The notes beneath the pieces are model-generated. The model saw only the letters and a program-made list of their open reading frames with translations. It was not told the DNA's origin and made no database searches. Both the position numbers and the translations under genes were made by a program. A stretch of DNA of 64,000 nt from Patescibacteria group bacterium (lineage in GTDB: Bacteria; Patescibacteriota; Patescibacteriia; Magasanikbacterales; UBA922), in contig JAHJIX010000002.1 of assembly GCA_018823045.1 (NCBI GenBank), positions 846 through 64,845 of the forward strand, given 5' to 3'. The stretch's first letter is position 1; every line of letters begins with the position of its first letter. Of this stretch, positions 28,699-38,999 are shown one piece after another.

Positions 28699-30768
28699 TT
28701 ATGAAGATGATTCACTTTTTCCCCACTCTGATTTTGTTTTAATATACCATTGACTAACATTAATAAAGCGATCAGCAGGAACAAAAATACGAGTAACATC
28801 GACTCCGTGAAGATGATCACTCGTTGCATAACGATAAATCGGTGTATACAAAAATATTGCAGGACGCTCTTCTCTAATAGTCCGTTCAAATGTTTTATAA
28901 TTTTCTTCTCTCTTGGCACTATCATCTGTTTCTCGCGCATCTTCTAAAAGCTCATCGACTTCTCTATTCACATACTGTGATAAATTCAATCCAGGATAAT
29001 CTTTTTGAGACGAATGCCAGAATGGATACTGATCAGGATCACTGCCAATAATAATACCAAACAAAAGTACATCATATGCGCGTGTTTTTAACACATCGCG
29101 TGAAAATTGTTTTGAATCGACAAATGTTACTGTTGTTTTAATACCAAGCTCTCCCCAAAAACCAGCAACCAATTGAGCAACTTGTTGATATTCCTTAGTA
29201 TCAACAGTCACAATATCAATACATAATATATTTCCGTCTTTATCTTGACGATAAAATGTTTGAGCAGTATTAATTTCTTTTCCCAATTGCTGTTCAACTA
29301 ATTCCTCAATCTTTTTGTCTATTTCTTCTTGCTCTATAACACTTATAGTACTTGTTACCTTCTCTTCAGTAACATCATCTACTCCCATTTCTTCTGTCAT
29401 ATTATTTTCTTCAGCCGGCACTTGCTCAAATTGTTTTGCTACCTCTACACGTATTTCTTCTGCTCGCACTTTTGTGTACTCTTCCGCTGATAATCGTGGC
29501 CATGTTTCATCTAATAATGTATTTGCCTCATCACTAGAATAAGAATCTTTCTCTTTTTGATTATCATATCCCAAAAATCCTGGCAAAATTGGTCCATCAA
29601 TCACAGCACCATCACCACCGAGACTTTCTCGAAGTATACGATCTTTATCTAGTGCAATAGTTAAAGCTTTACGTACATCAAGCTCTTCGAGTGCTGCGTT
29701 GCGTTCTTGATTAAAAAATAATGCAGTATACTGTGGTAATTGTAAAGTGTGAATTTGAATATGCTTTCGTTCAACACTTGCTCTAAACTCAGCAGGAACA
29801 AAATGCAAACCATGCGCTTTTTGCTCACGAAGTGCCTGTATAGCCCCAGCTTCTGTATCATACATTCCAAAAAATTGAAAAATGAACTCTTCAATATACG
29901 GGGCTTGTAGATAGTAGCTATCAAAACGAGCTAACTCATATTGAAAAATAAATCCCGTTTCATCTTGTGCCAAACGTGCAAATTTAAACGGTCCTGTTCC
30001 AATTGGTTTAATATTATTTTTTACCAATTTAAAACGCTCCGGAGTTACTTCTCCCCAAATATGTTCTGGCAAGATACCCACAGTCAAACTAGAAAGAAAT
30101 GGTTGAAATGGTTCTTGTAATGTCAAAGAAATTGTATGGTCGTCAATCACATCAATCTTCACCCCTTGAAAACTCACCAATAATGGACTTCCTACTTGTG
30201 GATCTTGGATTTTTTCTAAGGTAAACGCAACATCATATGCAGTAAATGGCTGTTCATCATGCCATAATACATCTGATCGCAACTGAAATGTATACGTTTT
30301 TTTATCTTCACTAATCGTATAGCTTTCTGCTAAATCACCGACAAGTTCTTGCTGTTCATCATAACGCATAAGCCCAGTATAGACTAACTGTGCTACATCA
30401 CGATCAACATCATTGGTACTGGCAAATAATGGATTAACAAGTTGAAGTTCTCCAACCATTGCCTCAATGTATTGCCCACCAACAGCAGGAACTTGTATGC
30501 GATATACTGCACTGACACCCCAACCAAACCAAAGAGCCGCAATACAAACAAAAATGCCCACTATTTGTAAAGCTCTTTTTTCTTTCGCACTTAAAATTCT
30601 TCTTACATGAAGAATCTGTTTAAGTGTTGGATATGAACGGCCATGCACTCGTTTTAATACATGCAAATCATGTGCATGCACTTGTGATGAAGCCTGTTTT
30701 TTGTGTACAGTTTTATGCGTACCACGCAAGCGTGATAGCAACTGCATCATGTAGCGTCTTATGGACAC
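28699..30768 (-). CDS. ABC transporter substrate-binding protein, family 5 (peptide/nickel, OppA/DppA-like), N-terminally TM-anchored
   Basis: 689 aa; one TM ('IVGIFVCIAALWFGWGVSAVY') then SBP_bac_5-like region ('...DVLWHDEQPFTAYDVAFTLEKIQDP...'). Confidence 0.75.
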   Translation of the reverse strand: MSIRRYMMQLLSRLRGTHKTVHKKQASSQVHAHDLHVLKRVHGRSYPTLKQILHVRRILSAKEKRALQIVGIFVCIAALWFGWGVSAVYRIQVPAVGGQYIEAMVGELQLVNPLFASTNDVDRDVAQLVYTGLMRYDEQQELVGDLAESYTISEDKKTYTFQLRSDVLWHDEQPFTAYDVAFTLEKIQDPQVGSPLLVSFQGVKIDVIDDHTISLTLQEPFQPFLSSLTVGILPEHIWGEVTPERFKLVKNNIKPIGTGPFKFARLAQDETGFIFQYELARFDSYYLQAPYIEEFIFQFFGMYDTEAGAIQALREQKAHGLHFVPAEFRASVERKHIQIHTLQLPQYTALFFNQERNAALEELDVRKALTIALDKDRILRESLGGDGAVIDGPILPGFLGYDNQKEKDSYSSDEANTLLDETWPRLSAEEYTKVRAEEIRVEVAKQFEQVPAEENNMTEEMGVDDVTEEKVTSTISVIEQEEIDKKIEELVEQQLGKEINTAQTFYRQDKDGNILCIDIVTVDTKEYQQVAQLVAGFWGELGIKTTVTFVDSKQFSRDVLKTRAYDVLLFGIIIGSDPDQYPFWHSSQKDYPGLNLSQYVNREVDELLEDARETDDSAKREENYKTFERTIREERPAIFLYTPIYRYATSDHLHGVDVTRIFVPADRFINVSQWYIKTKSEWGKSESSS

Positions 30769-30800
30769 ACAATCAGAGTTATACGCTAGTGTGCGCTATA

Positions 30801-31022
30801 TTAGATGAAGAGTTGAGCAAGAGATAGTACGAAAAATACAAAAACAATCCCAATGGTCAATTTATGTAAAAATAAGTCAAGACCTCTTCGTGTCGTTACT
30901 ACCGGCCCACTACCACCACCAAACCCTGCTCCCATTCCTGCACCTTTTTGTTGTAACAAAATAACAACAATGAGTAATACAGAAACAATTGCTTGAACAA
31001 CATTCAAAATAGTACTTACCAT
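30801..31022 (-). CDS. secG: Preprotein translocase subunit SecG
   Basis: 73 aa, two TMs with 'LLQQKGAGMGAGFGGGSG' glycine-rich motif typical of SecG. Confidence 0.7.
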   Translation of the reverse strand: MVSTILNVVQAIVSVLLIVVILLQQKGAGMGAGFGGGSGPVVTTRRGLDLFLHKLTIGIVFVFFVLSLAQLFI

Positions 31023-31278
31023 ATATCAACAGGAAACGAATAAATAATATAATGACTATACATCATCTCGTAAAAAAAATCAAGAGGGAAACCAACTTTT
31101 TAGCTAAAACAAGTCATAAATCTACCTATTTTCCGTACATATACACAAAAGAACTTATTATTCAATTTCTTCTCTGTTAAAGATGAGAAAGATGGTGGAG
31201 AGTTTGGAAGACCAAAAAAGTGGCGGTAAGGCCACTTAAATGGTAGAATGAGAATGTTAAAATAACTCATCTACATAT

Positions 31279-32229
31279 ATGGTATACGAAAATTACTGGT
31301 TAGACAAGCACAAGTGTATTTTTCCCCATCATGAACGGTGGATAAAACAAGCCGACGTAGTCGGTTTGTCTGCCGAAGGCAGAAGAAGGTTAACATGGAT
31401 AATTTATGCAGAAGTACATAAAAATGTATCCAAAACATGCAGACATTTTGGTATAGCCCTTCATTATTTTACAAATGGAAAAACAGATTTAATCCTTCAG
31501 CTATATTACGTTTAGAAAATCAATCACATACACCAAAGAATGTACGGACAAGACATCAGGTTCTTCTTTGGGATCAACGAGTTATTGCGCTTCGAAAAAG
31601 GTTTATGTACTATGGTAAAATGAAGATACAAACCATATATATCCGTGAGTAACGCATAAGCCCAGTAAAGTAATCCTCAACCATATGGAGCTTTGCTCCA
31701 TATAGATACAGTAGAAATACGCCTACAAGGAGTAAAAAGGTATGTATTAACTGCAATAGATAGTTTTTCTCGCTTCGGCTTCGCCTACGCATACAAAAAC
31801 CATACATCTGCTTCTGCTAAAGATTTCTTACTCAAGTTACATGATTTCTTTGGAGAACATATGTCCATTATCCATACGGATAATGGAACAGAGTTTCACA
31901 AATACTTTAACAAAGCTGTTACACAGCTTAATCTTACTCACTACTGGAGTAGAGTAAGAAAATCTACTGATAATGCTAAAGATGAACGATTTAATAGAAC
32001 CTTTAGAGATGAATGTATGGCTCAAGGTGCCTTTAACAAAAATTTACATATATTTAATGCTAATATACTTGCTTGGGTCATTGAATATCTTACTATACGC
32101 CCTCATCAATCCCTTAATTATTTAACTCCTTTTGAATTTATTTCTCAAACAACAAAACTCTCCACTAACTGGTCATCCAGTACAGCCCTTGACAAAAAAA
32201 GGAATGATTGCTATACTAGCTCCACTTAA
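31279..32229 (+). mobile_element. Degenerate IS481-family (rve/DDE) transposase, split over three reading frames (pseudogene/IS remnant)
   Basis: Frames 31279..31515 (HTH-like), 31437..31652, 31693..32229 (integrase core 'IHTDNGTEF...RPHQSLNYLTPFEF'); direct repeat CCACTTAA(A)TG at about 31232 and 32222. Confidence 0.6.
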
Positions 32230-32254
32230 TGAATTGATAGATTGTTAACTTGAT

Positions 32255-32581
32255 ATGAAACAAGATATTCATCCAACTGTACACCCTGTTATCTTTATTG
32301 ATACATCTTGTGGTGCCGAATTTAAAACATTATCAACACGCAAGTCAAACCAGACACGTGAAATTGATGGTGTCACATATTATGAAATTTCTATCGAAAT
32401 TTCATCTGCTTCACATCCGTTTTATACTGGGAAGCAAGTACTTCTTGATGCGGCTGGTCGCCTTGACCGATTTAAAGCACGTCAAGAATCACAAGAAGAA
32501 GCAGCGACTGCTCGTCAAGGAAAAAAGGCAAAACGTGCAAAACGTGCTGCAACAAAAACACAAGAAAAAGACGCAAAATAG
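32255..32581 (+). CDS. rpmE: 50S ribosomal protein L31 (with K/A-rich C-terminal extension)
   Basis: 'MKQDIHPTVHPVIFIDTSCGAEF...HPFYTGKQ' canonical bL31. Confidence 0.85.
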   Translation: MKQDIHPTVHPVIFIDTSCGAEFKTLSTRKSNQTREIDGVTYYEISIEISSASHPFYTGKQVLLDAAGRLDRFKARQESQEEAATARQGKKAKRAKRAATKTQEKDAK

Positions 32582-32591
32582 CAATGTACAT

Positions 32592-32624
32592 AAAAAACAG
32601 GCCGCCTACTTCGGTCTGTTTTTA
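32592..32624 (+). terminator. Intrinsic terminator downstream of rpmE
   Basis: acaggccg / cggtctgt stem (one G-U) with loop cctactt followed by TTTTT. Confidence 0.5.
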
Positions 32625-32682
32625 TTTACAAACTCGTAAAACAGTGTAAATTAGATAAATCTACCTCAAAATTCCCTGTCAT

Positions 32683-33768
32683 ATGTTAGAAAAATACCAA
32701 GAACTCAAATCCACATTTATACAATATGAAGCTGATCTGCAAAATCCAGCCATTATTAGTGATCAAAAACAATTAAAAACGATCTCACAGGCATTTAATG
32801 AACTTAAACCAGTGTATGATAAAATTGTCACACTGGAAACAACTGAAACTCAGCTTGCAGAGACAATTTCTATTATTGAGAAAGAAGCGGATACAGAAAT
32901 GAAATACATGGCAGAAGAAGAAAAAAAAGAATTAGAACAAACACAAAGTATTCTAGAAAAAGATCTTGCTGAAATGACTCGACCAACAGACCCAATGGAT
33001 AAAAAAGACATTATCATTGAAATTCGTGCTGGTGCCGGTGGAGATGAAGCGGCCCTATTTGCAGGAGACCTTATGCGTATGTATATGAAATACGCTGAAT
33101 CAGAAGGTTGGAAAACAACACTACTCAGTGAACATCACATTGGTATTGGTGGGTACAAAGAAGTTATTTTTTCTATCAAAGGAAATAACACAAGCAAAGC
33201 TAGCGGGAAATACGTATACAAACACTTAAAATATGAAATGGGTGTACACCGAGTACAGCGCATTCCTGAAACAGAAAAACAAGGCCGAGTCCATACGTCA
33301 ACAGCAAGTGTTGCTATCATGCCGGAAGTAGAAGAAACAGAAATAGATATCAAACCAAATGAATTACGTATTGATACCTATTGTGCGGGCGGAAATGGCG
33401 GACAAAGTGTTAATACTACCTATTCAGCAGTACGTATTACCCATATTCCAACTGGAGTTGTTGCCCAATGTCAAGATGAAAAATCTCAAATACAAAACCG
33501 TGCAAAAGCAATGGAAGTTATTCGTGCACGAGTCTACGAAAAAATTGAAGCAGAAAAACGTGCTGCACTGGACGAAAAACGTCGTGACCAAATTGGTTCT
33601 GGAGATCGCTCTGAAAAAATCAGAACATATAATTATCCACAAGATCGTATTACAGACCACCGTATTAAAGAAAGTTGGAATAATATTCAAACAATTTTAA
33701 ATGGTGATCTAGGAGATGTAATTACAAAACTCCAGGCAGCTGATTATAAAGCACAAGACGAAGCATAA
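32683..33768 (+). CDS. prfA: Peptide chain release factor 1
   Basis: '[23 protein letters not shown]' GGQ motif; '[18 protein letters not shown]' RF1-type tripeptide region. Confidence 0.9.
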   Translation: MLEKYQELKSTFIQYEADLQNPAIISDQKQLKTISQAFNELKPVYDKIVTLETTETQLAETISIIEKEADTEMKYMAEEEKKELEQTQSILEKDLAEMTRPTDPMDKKDIIIEIRAGAGGDEAALFAGDLMRMYMKYAESEGWKTTLLSEHHIGIGGYKEVIFSIKGNNTSKASGKYVYKHLKYEMGVHRVQRIPETEKQGRVHTSTASVAIMPEVEETEIDIKPNELRIDTYCAGGNGGQSVNTTYSAVRITHIPTGVVAQCQDEKSQIQNRAKAMEVIRARVYEKIEAEKRAALDEKRRDQIGSGDRSEKIRTYNYPQDRITDHRIKESWNNIQTILNGDLGDVITKLQAADYKAQDEA

Positions 33769-33870
33769 TAAGCGTGATCATCCTGAATGAAGTGGAACGG
33801 AATCTCCGCCAGAGGACGGACCTGTCCTTTGGCAGGGAAGGATCCACTGTTAGCATATATTGTGTAGAAT

Positions 33871-34716
33871 ATGACCATCAAAACTCTCTTAAAAAAAGCC
33901 ACCCAAACAATTGATCAGCTCGATGCTGAATTAATAGTAGCTCATGTGCTCAAACAGACACGCGAGTACGTTTTGTCGCACCCAGAAAAAAAGCTCTGTC
34001 CAAAAGAATGGATCTCTATTCACATTCTTTTTTATAAAAGAAAAAAAGGCATCCCGCTTGCCTATATCACAAAAACTAAACCATTTTTTGGTCTAGATTT
34101 TTTGGTAAATAAACATACCCTTATCCCCCGCCCAGATACAGAACTCTTAGTTGAGCAAGCCATTAAGCGATTAAAAACATTAGACAAACCAACACTTGTA
34201 GACCTCGGAACTGGATCAGGCTGCATTCCAATTGCGATTGGAAATACGATAAAAGATATCGCTATTATTGCAACAGATATTTCAAAACAAGCACTTCGTG
34301 TAGCACAAAAAAATGCACAAACACATGGGGTAGATATTGCATTTGCCCAAGGATCACTGCTTGATCCAATTTTTTCTTTACTAACAACTGAGCAAAAACC
34401 TTTGGTTATTACAGCAAACCTCCCCTATTTAACCAAACATCAATTTGATACAGAAAAAAGCATCCAGCATGAACCATACACTGCACTCGTTGCAGAAAAT
34501 CTTGGACTGGCATTGTATTATGCGCTCATTAAACAAATCAAAATCCTTCACATCCACCGCTCACCGATTACTTGTTTTATAGAAATAGATCCGGAGCAAA
34601 CTCACTATTTAGTAGAATACATTAAAGAAGAATTGCTTGACACAACGGTTCATGTTCATAAAGATCTAGCTGGATTGAATCGGTTGGTAGAAATCAGCCT
34701 TAAACTAACCATCTAG
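33871..34716 (+). CDS. prmC: Release-factor glutamine N5-methyltransferase PrmC/HemK
   Basis: 'VDLGTGSGCIPIAIG' SAM motif I and 'ITANLPY' (NPPY-type) motif; downstream of prfA. Confidence 0.8.
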   Translation: MTIKTLLKKATQTIDQLDAELIVAHVLKQTREYVLSHPEKKLCPKEWISIHILFYKRKKGIPLAYITKTKPFFGLDFLVNKHTLIPRPDTELLVEQAIKRLKTLDKPTLVDLGTGSGCIPIAIGNTIKDIAIIATDISKQALRVAQKNAQTHGVDIAFAQGSLLDPIFSLLTTEQKPLVITANLPYLTKHQFDTEKSIQHEPYTALVAENLGLALYYALIKQIKILHIHRSPITCFIEIDPEQTHYLVEYIKEELLDTTVHVHKDLAGLNRLVEISLKLTI

Positions 34717-34770
34717 ACAAAAAAGTATCACTGTGCTAAGATCTTTCCAACAACCATAGGAGACGCTCTT

Positions 34771-35412
34771 TTGCAACACAAACAGATATACCCATTCTTA
34801 AATACATCAGTTCTCATAGTTGGGATACTGATGACGGTCCTCGGATTCCCTGGACAAATCTGGAAAAATTACACCGAACAACAGTGCGGTATCCATATAC
34901 TCTTAATATTGGTACCACTCGTGATTTTCATTGCGCGAATTCCATACGCCACGGCTAAAAAAGCATTGGCCATTATTCCGCCTGATATGATTGGGATAAT
35001 ATCAATGCTTATACTACTAGACCAATTTACTTATTATGAGTATAATATTCCAACAATATTTAGTATTATTGGATTCTTTACCATGATAGGATCCGCCTAC
35101 CTACTTACAAAAAAAAAGGAAAGAGCTACAAAATTTCAACAATTTTGTAAAAACAATGAATTACTACTGGCAAAAATCACTTTAATTAGTGCACTAATAA
35201 TGACTGGAATTGCACTACCCATGCAAATCTGGAAAAATTACACCGAACAACAATGTGGTCTAAATATCATCATGATTACATTCCCCATTATTCTTTCATC
35301 ACTACGTATCCCGTATAGTATTATGAAAAAAGCATGGGCCCTCATTCCACCAGATATTCTCGGTTTAACGTGTTCTATCATTTTACTCTTCCAATTTTTC
35401 TACTACAAATAA
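34771..35412 (+). CDS. Membrane protein with two tandem PQ-loop (SemiSWEET-like) triple-helix repeats
   Basis: Internal duplication: 'GFPGQIWKNYTEQQCGIHIL...RIPYATAKKALAIIPPDMIGI' vs 'ALPMQIWKNYTEQQCGLNII...RIPYSIMKKAWALIPPDILGL'; each repeat has 3 predicted TMs. Confidence 0.5.
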   Translation: MQHKQIYPFLNTSVLIVGILMTVLGFPGQIWKNYTEQQCGIHILLILVPLVIFIARIPYATAKKALAIIPPDMIGIISMLILLDQFTYYEYNIPTIFSIIGFFTMIGSAYLLTKKKERATKFQQFCKNNELLLAKITLISALIMTGIALPMQIWKNYTEQQCGLNIIMITFPIILSSLRIPYSIMKKAWALIPPDILGLTCSIILLFQFFYYK

Positions 35413-35566
35413 ATATATCTCATTTTATAATATATAACATGAGGTTGAATATAACTATGCGATATACTTTTTTGTTTGTCGTATTTTTTATTTACTCAAA
35501 AATACATTCTTAATTGCTATTTTAACATCAATTTAGTATACTCAGCACATATAATCAAAAAATTTT

Positions 35567-36127
35567 ATGATCAATATTCCAAATAACGCAAAAAAAGTAC
35601 ATGAAGGCATTTTATTTGATGTTTACCAATGGGACCAAGAGATGTTTGATGGAACTACAGAAATATTTGAAAGATTAACAAGAAAAGCTTCTGTAGAGGT
35701 TATTGCTGAAGTTGATGGTAAAATTTTAACGATCATGCAAGAACAACCAGCTCGCAAAGGGCCATATCCATCATTTCCTGGTGGACGAATTGACGAAGGA
35801 GAAACAGCAATAGAAGCAGCGCATAGAGAATTGCGTGAAGAAACAGGATACACCGCAGAAAGTATGGAACTATGGAAAACCTACCACGGAACATCTAAAA
35901 TAACATTTGATGAATATATTTTTATTGCAAAAGGGCTCAAAAAAACAGATGAGATACAAGAAGACGCTGGTGAAAAAATAAAACTCCAATCCTTTTCTTT
36001 TGATGAAACTCTTTCATTTTGCCGTAATCCTCAATTTACCGCAGCAATGTTTCTAAAATTTGACATGTATGAAATGTTGCTAGACGAAGAAAAAAAACAA
36101 GCCTTTTATCATGCTATTTTTTCATAA
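35567..36127 (+). CDS. NUDIX hydrolase
   Basis: Nudix box 'GGRIDEGETAIEAAHRELREETGY'. Confidence 0.75.
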   Translation: MINIPNNAKKVHEGILFDVYQWDQEMFDGTTEIFERLTRKASVEVIAEVDGKILTIMQEQPARKGPYPSFPGGRIDEGETAIEAAHRELREETGYTAESMELWKTYHGTSKITFDEYIFIAKGLKKTDEIQEDAGEKIKLQSFSFDETLSFCRNPQFTAAMFLKFDMYEMLLDEEKKQAFYHAIFS

Positions 36128-36201
36128 ACATTTAGCTTATACACAGATTGCGTAAGTGCGATCATTCTTGTATCATAGATATACACTTAACCACATAATC
36201 T

Positions 36202-37050
36202 ATGACTCGACCCGAAGGACTTAACACAAAAATATTTTTAGACAGTGGCAACCCTGCTGATACAAAAGAAACCCTTGATCTTATTGGCTTTCTCGATGGG
36301 CAAACAACTAATCCAAGCCTCATTGCCAAAAATCCAGATATACAACAGCGTATTTCAGATGGCGGCAAACTCAGTGATGCTGATCTTCGTGCATTTTACA
36401 AAAAAACTATTCAAGAAATTCACACCCTTCTTCCTAAGCAATCAATATCAATTGAAGTGTATGCAGATAAAGATACTTCTATTGAAGAGATTGTTTCACA
36501 AGCAAGAGAAATGAATAGTTGGATACCAACAGCACACATAAAACTCCCTACAACTCATGCCGGATTGTCTGCTGCCGAAATTCTTTCAAAAGAACACATG
36601 AAACTTAACATGACGCTCGTATTTAGCGAAGAACAAGCGGCCGCTGTGTATGCAGCAACGACAGATGCTTTCGTCTCTCCTTTTGTTGGGCGACTTGATG
36701 ATATAGGAAAAAATGGTATGGATCTCATTAAAAACATTCAACAAATGTATGCTGAAGGAAATGGCCACGTCCAAATTCTTGTGGCAAGTATTCGAACGCT
36801 CGATCATTTTTATGCAGCCCTTTCCTTACAAGCAGACATAGCAACGGTTCCACTTCGTATTTTACAAGAATGGAAAAATGCTGGCATGCCTATTCCTGAA
36901 ACAAATAATTATTCTCCAAAATTATCTCCTATTGCATATCAAAATGTTACTTTAAATAAACCTTGGAACAATTATAACATCCATCATGATTTAACTGACG
37001 CGGGACTTGAGCGCTTTGCACAAGATTGGAATGCACTTTTACATAAATAA
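36202..37050 (+). CDS. tal: Transaldolase / fructose-6-phosphate aldolase family protein
   Basis: 'IFLDSGNPADTKE...DGQTTNPSLIAK' and Schiff-base lysine context 'HIKLPTTHAGL'. Confidence 0.8.
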   Translation: MTRPEGLNTKIFLDSGNPADTKETLDLIGFLDGQTTNPSLIAKNPDIQQRISDGGKLSDADLRAFYKKTIQEIHTLLPKQSISIEVYADKDTSIEEIVSQAREMNSWIPTAHIKLPTTHAGLSAAEILSKEHMKLNMTLVFSEEQAAAVYAATTDAFVSPFVGRLDDIGKNGMDLIKNIQQMYAEGNGHVQILVASIRTLDHFYAALSLQADIATVPLRILQEWKNAGMPIPETNNYSPKLSPIAYQNVTLNKPWNNYNIHHDLTDAGLERFAQDWNALLHK

Positions 37051-37072
37051 TCTATTTACATAAAAAAACCAT

Positions 37073-37327
37073 ATGAAAGAAATAAAAATTTATAGTACAA
37101 CATACTGCCCATACTGCCAACGTGCAAAAATGCTTCTTGATGCAGAAGGATTATCTTATACAGAAATTAATGTAGAAGAAGATGCAGAAAAACGAGCTGA
37201 ATTAGCAGAAAAATATAACTGGCAGACCGTGCCAATGATTACTATTGGTGATGAATTTATTGGTGGATTTGATGACTTAGCAAAACTACAAGCAAGCGAA
37301 GAACTCGTGAATAAAGTCAATTCTTAA
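37073..37327 (+). CDS. grxC: Glutaredoxin
   Basis: 'IKIYSTTYCPYCQRAKMLL' CPYC active site; 'TVPMITIGDEFIGGFDDL'. Confidence 0.8.
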   Translation: MKEIKIYSTTYCPYCQRAKMLLDAEGLSYTEINVEEDAEKRAELAEKYNWQTVPMITIGDEFIGGFDDLAKLQASEELVNKVNS

Positions 37328-37338
37328 ATACAATTTTT

Positions 37339-38295
37339 ATGATGCAAGATGCCATTCTCTCCATGCCAAAACAATTTGAATATACACCCCAAATTGAACA
37401 AGGAAAACAACAAACATATACCCACTACATCCTTTTAGGTATGGGTGGCTCTCACCTAGCTGCAGATATTTTGGCTGAGCTTAATCCAATACTTTCTCTA
37501 CGCATTTATAGTGATTATGGTTTACCACATATTTCTGATGAAAAAAATACCCTTATTATCGCAAGCTCATACTCTGGCAATACAGAAGAAGTACTCGAAG
37601 GAGCACAACTTGCACTCAAACAAGGCATTCCACTTGCTGTCATTTCTGTTGGTGGTGCATTAATTGATCTTGCAAAAAAATATAATTTACCATATATTCA
37701 AATGCCAGATACTGGTATTCAACCACGCAGTGCCCTTGGCTTTAGTTTACGAGCACTGATGAAATTGCTAGGAGAAGAAACATTACTCAAAGAAAGTAAT
37801 AAGCTTGCACACATGAACCCACAAGCACTTGAAGAACAGGGAAAAAAAATCGCAACAAGCTGGACAGGAAAAACTCCCGTCATATATACCTCACAAAAAA
37901 ACAAATCCATTGCTTACAACTGGAAAATTAAGATGAATGAAACAGGAAAAATTCCTGCCGTATATAACGTGTTTCCTGAAATGAATCATAATGAAATGAA
38001 TGGCTTTGATGTGTCTCCTGATCACAAAGAATTAATTGAACACTTTACTATTTGTATGATCGAAGACGAACATGATCATCCAAAAGTGCAAAAACGCATG
38101 CACATAGCAAAAAAACTCTATGAAGATCGTGGTATTCCAGTTATGACCCTCAAATTAGAAGGAGCGACACATATTGAAAAGATATTTACATCTCTTACTC
38201 TCGCGGATTGGGTGGCAGTGCACAGCGCTGCACAATATGGTCATGAAGCAGAACAGGTTCCTATGATTGAAGAGTTTAAGAGGTTAATTGGGTAA
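37339..38295 (+). CDS. Bifunctional phosphoglucose/phosphomannose isomerase (archaeal-type PGI/PMI, SIS domain)
   Basis: 'ILLGMGGSHLAADIL', 'IIASSYSGNTEE' SIS motifs; about 318 aa, the size and layout of the PGI/PMI family. Confidence 0.7.
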   Translation: MMQDAILSMPKQFEYTPQIEQGKQQTYTHYILLGMGGSHLAADILAELNPILSLRIYSDYGLPHISDEKNTLIIASSYSGNTEEVLEGAQLALKQGIPLAVISVGGALIDLAKKYNLPYIQMPDTGIQPRSALGFSLRALMKLLGEETLLKESNKLAHMNPQALEEQGKKIATSWTGKTPVIYTSQKNKSIAYNWKIKMNETGKIPAVYNVFPEMNHNEMNGFDVSPDHKELIEHFTICMIEDEHDHPKVQKRMHIAKKLYEDRGIPVMTLKLEGATHIEKIFTSLTLADWVAVHSAAQYGHEAEQVPMIEEFKRLIG

Positions 38296-38303
38296 AACCT
38301 ACC

Positions 38304-38336
38304 AAAAAGACAGCTAATCCAAGCTGTCTTTTTATT
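38304..38336 (+). terminator. Intrinsic terminator downstream of PGI/PMI gene
   Basis: agacagct / agctgtct stem, loop aatcca, followed by TTTTTA. Confidence 0.5.
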
Positions 38337-38402
38337 TCTCAATAAAAAACATTTGACAAATTTTAATACAAAAAAAATAAGGCGTCCTTGGACGCCCCAT
38401 AG

Positions 38403-38828
38403 CTACGGAAGATAAATTAAATCCCGCGCCATGTCGATCTCACCCCCACACAGAGCTATCACATGCTCTCTTAGAGCCGCAAGCATCAGTGTCATGAGTG
38501 ATAACACTTCACGCGCCCAATCATCATCTATTGATTGAAGCACTTGAAGTACTCTTACTTCTCCTTTTTTTGCTAAGAGTTCTCCGTTACTTTCTCCGAT
38601 TACCAGAGAAAACATCGCAGAAGTCCTCGCTACTACCAGTTTGTCTACTGATCCATTGATATAAAATACCCCGGACCACTGAACAAACTGGAAAAATTCA
38701 CATCCTCGTATGTACTCAGGACGAAAGTCTATCCCATCCTGAATGCAGTATTCCCAAGCATCTTGTATAAGCTTAGGAAACAAACGGTTCAGGTCTTCCA
38801 AACAATTTTCCTTTTCTTGTTTATACAT
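38403..38828 (-). CDS. Hypothetical protein (orphan)
   Basis: 141-aa ORF, no recognisable motif; divergent from 39000..40325. Confidence 0.4.
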   Translation of the reverse strand: MYKQEKENCLEDLNRLFPKLIQDAWEYCIQDGIDFRPEYIRGCEFFQFVQWSGVFYINGSVDKLVVARTSAMFSLVIGESNGELLAKKGEVRVLQVLQSIDDDWAREVLSLMTLMLAALREHVIALCGGEIDMARDLIYLP

Positions 38829-38999
38829 GAGGACTCTTATATATCACAAAACATGCCTATTGTCAAATGCTTTCATGTGAATAATTTTTAAAACTACTAT
38901 AGTCCAAATTTTTGAAATATAATCAGGAGTATCTATTCAATTTTAATCTAAATGTGCTATAGTACTTATATACTATTTTATTTAAACTCTACAAAACAT

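Noticed and set aside
31232-32232. Direct repeat CCACTTAA(A)TG as a definitive target-site duplication of the IS481 remnant
   Set aside because: The right copy overlaps the transposase stop codon and the match is only 10/11. It is plausible but not compelling without intact terminal inverted repeats.
33771-33852. SRP (4.5S) RNA assignment for the GC-rich prfA-prmC spacer
   Set aside because: The domain IV hallmark (GGAA tetraloop with the symmetric AGCAG/GGAA loop context) could not be matched convincingly, so it is left unassigned.
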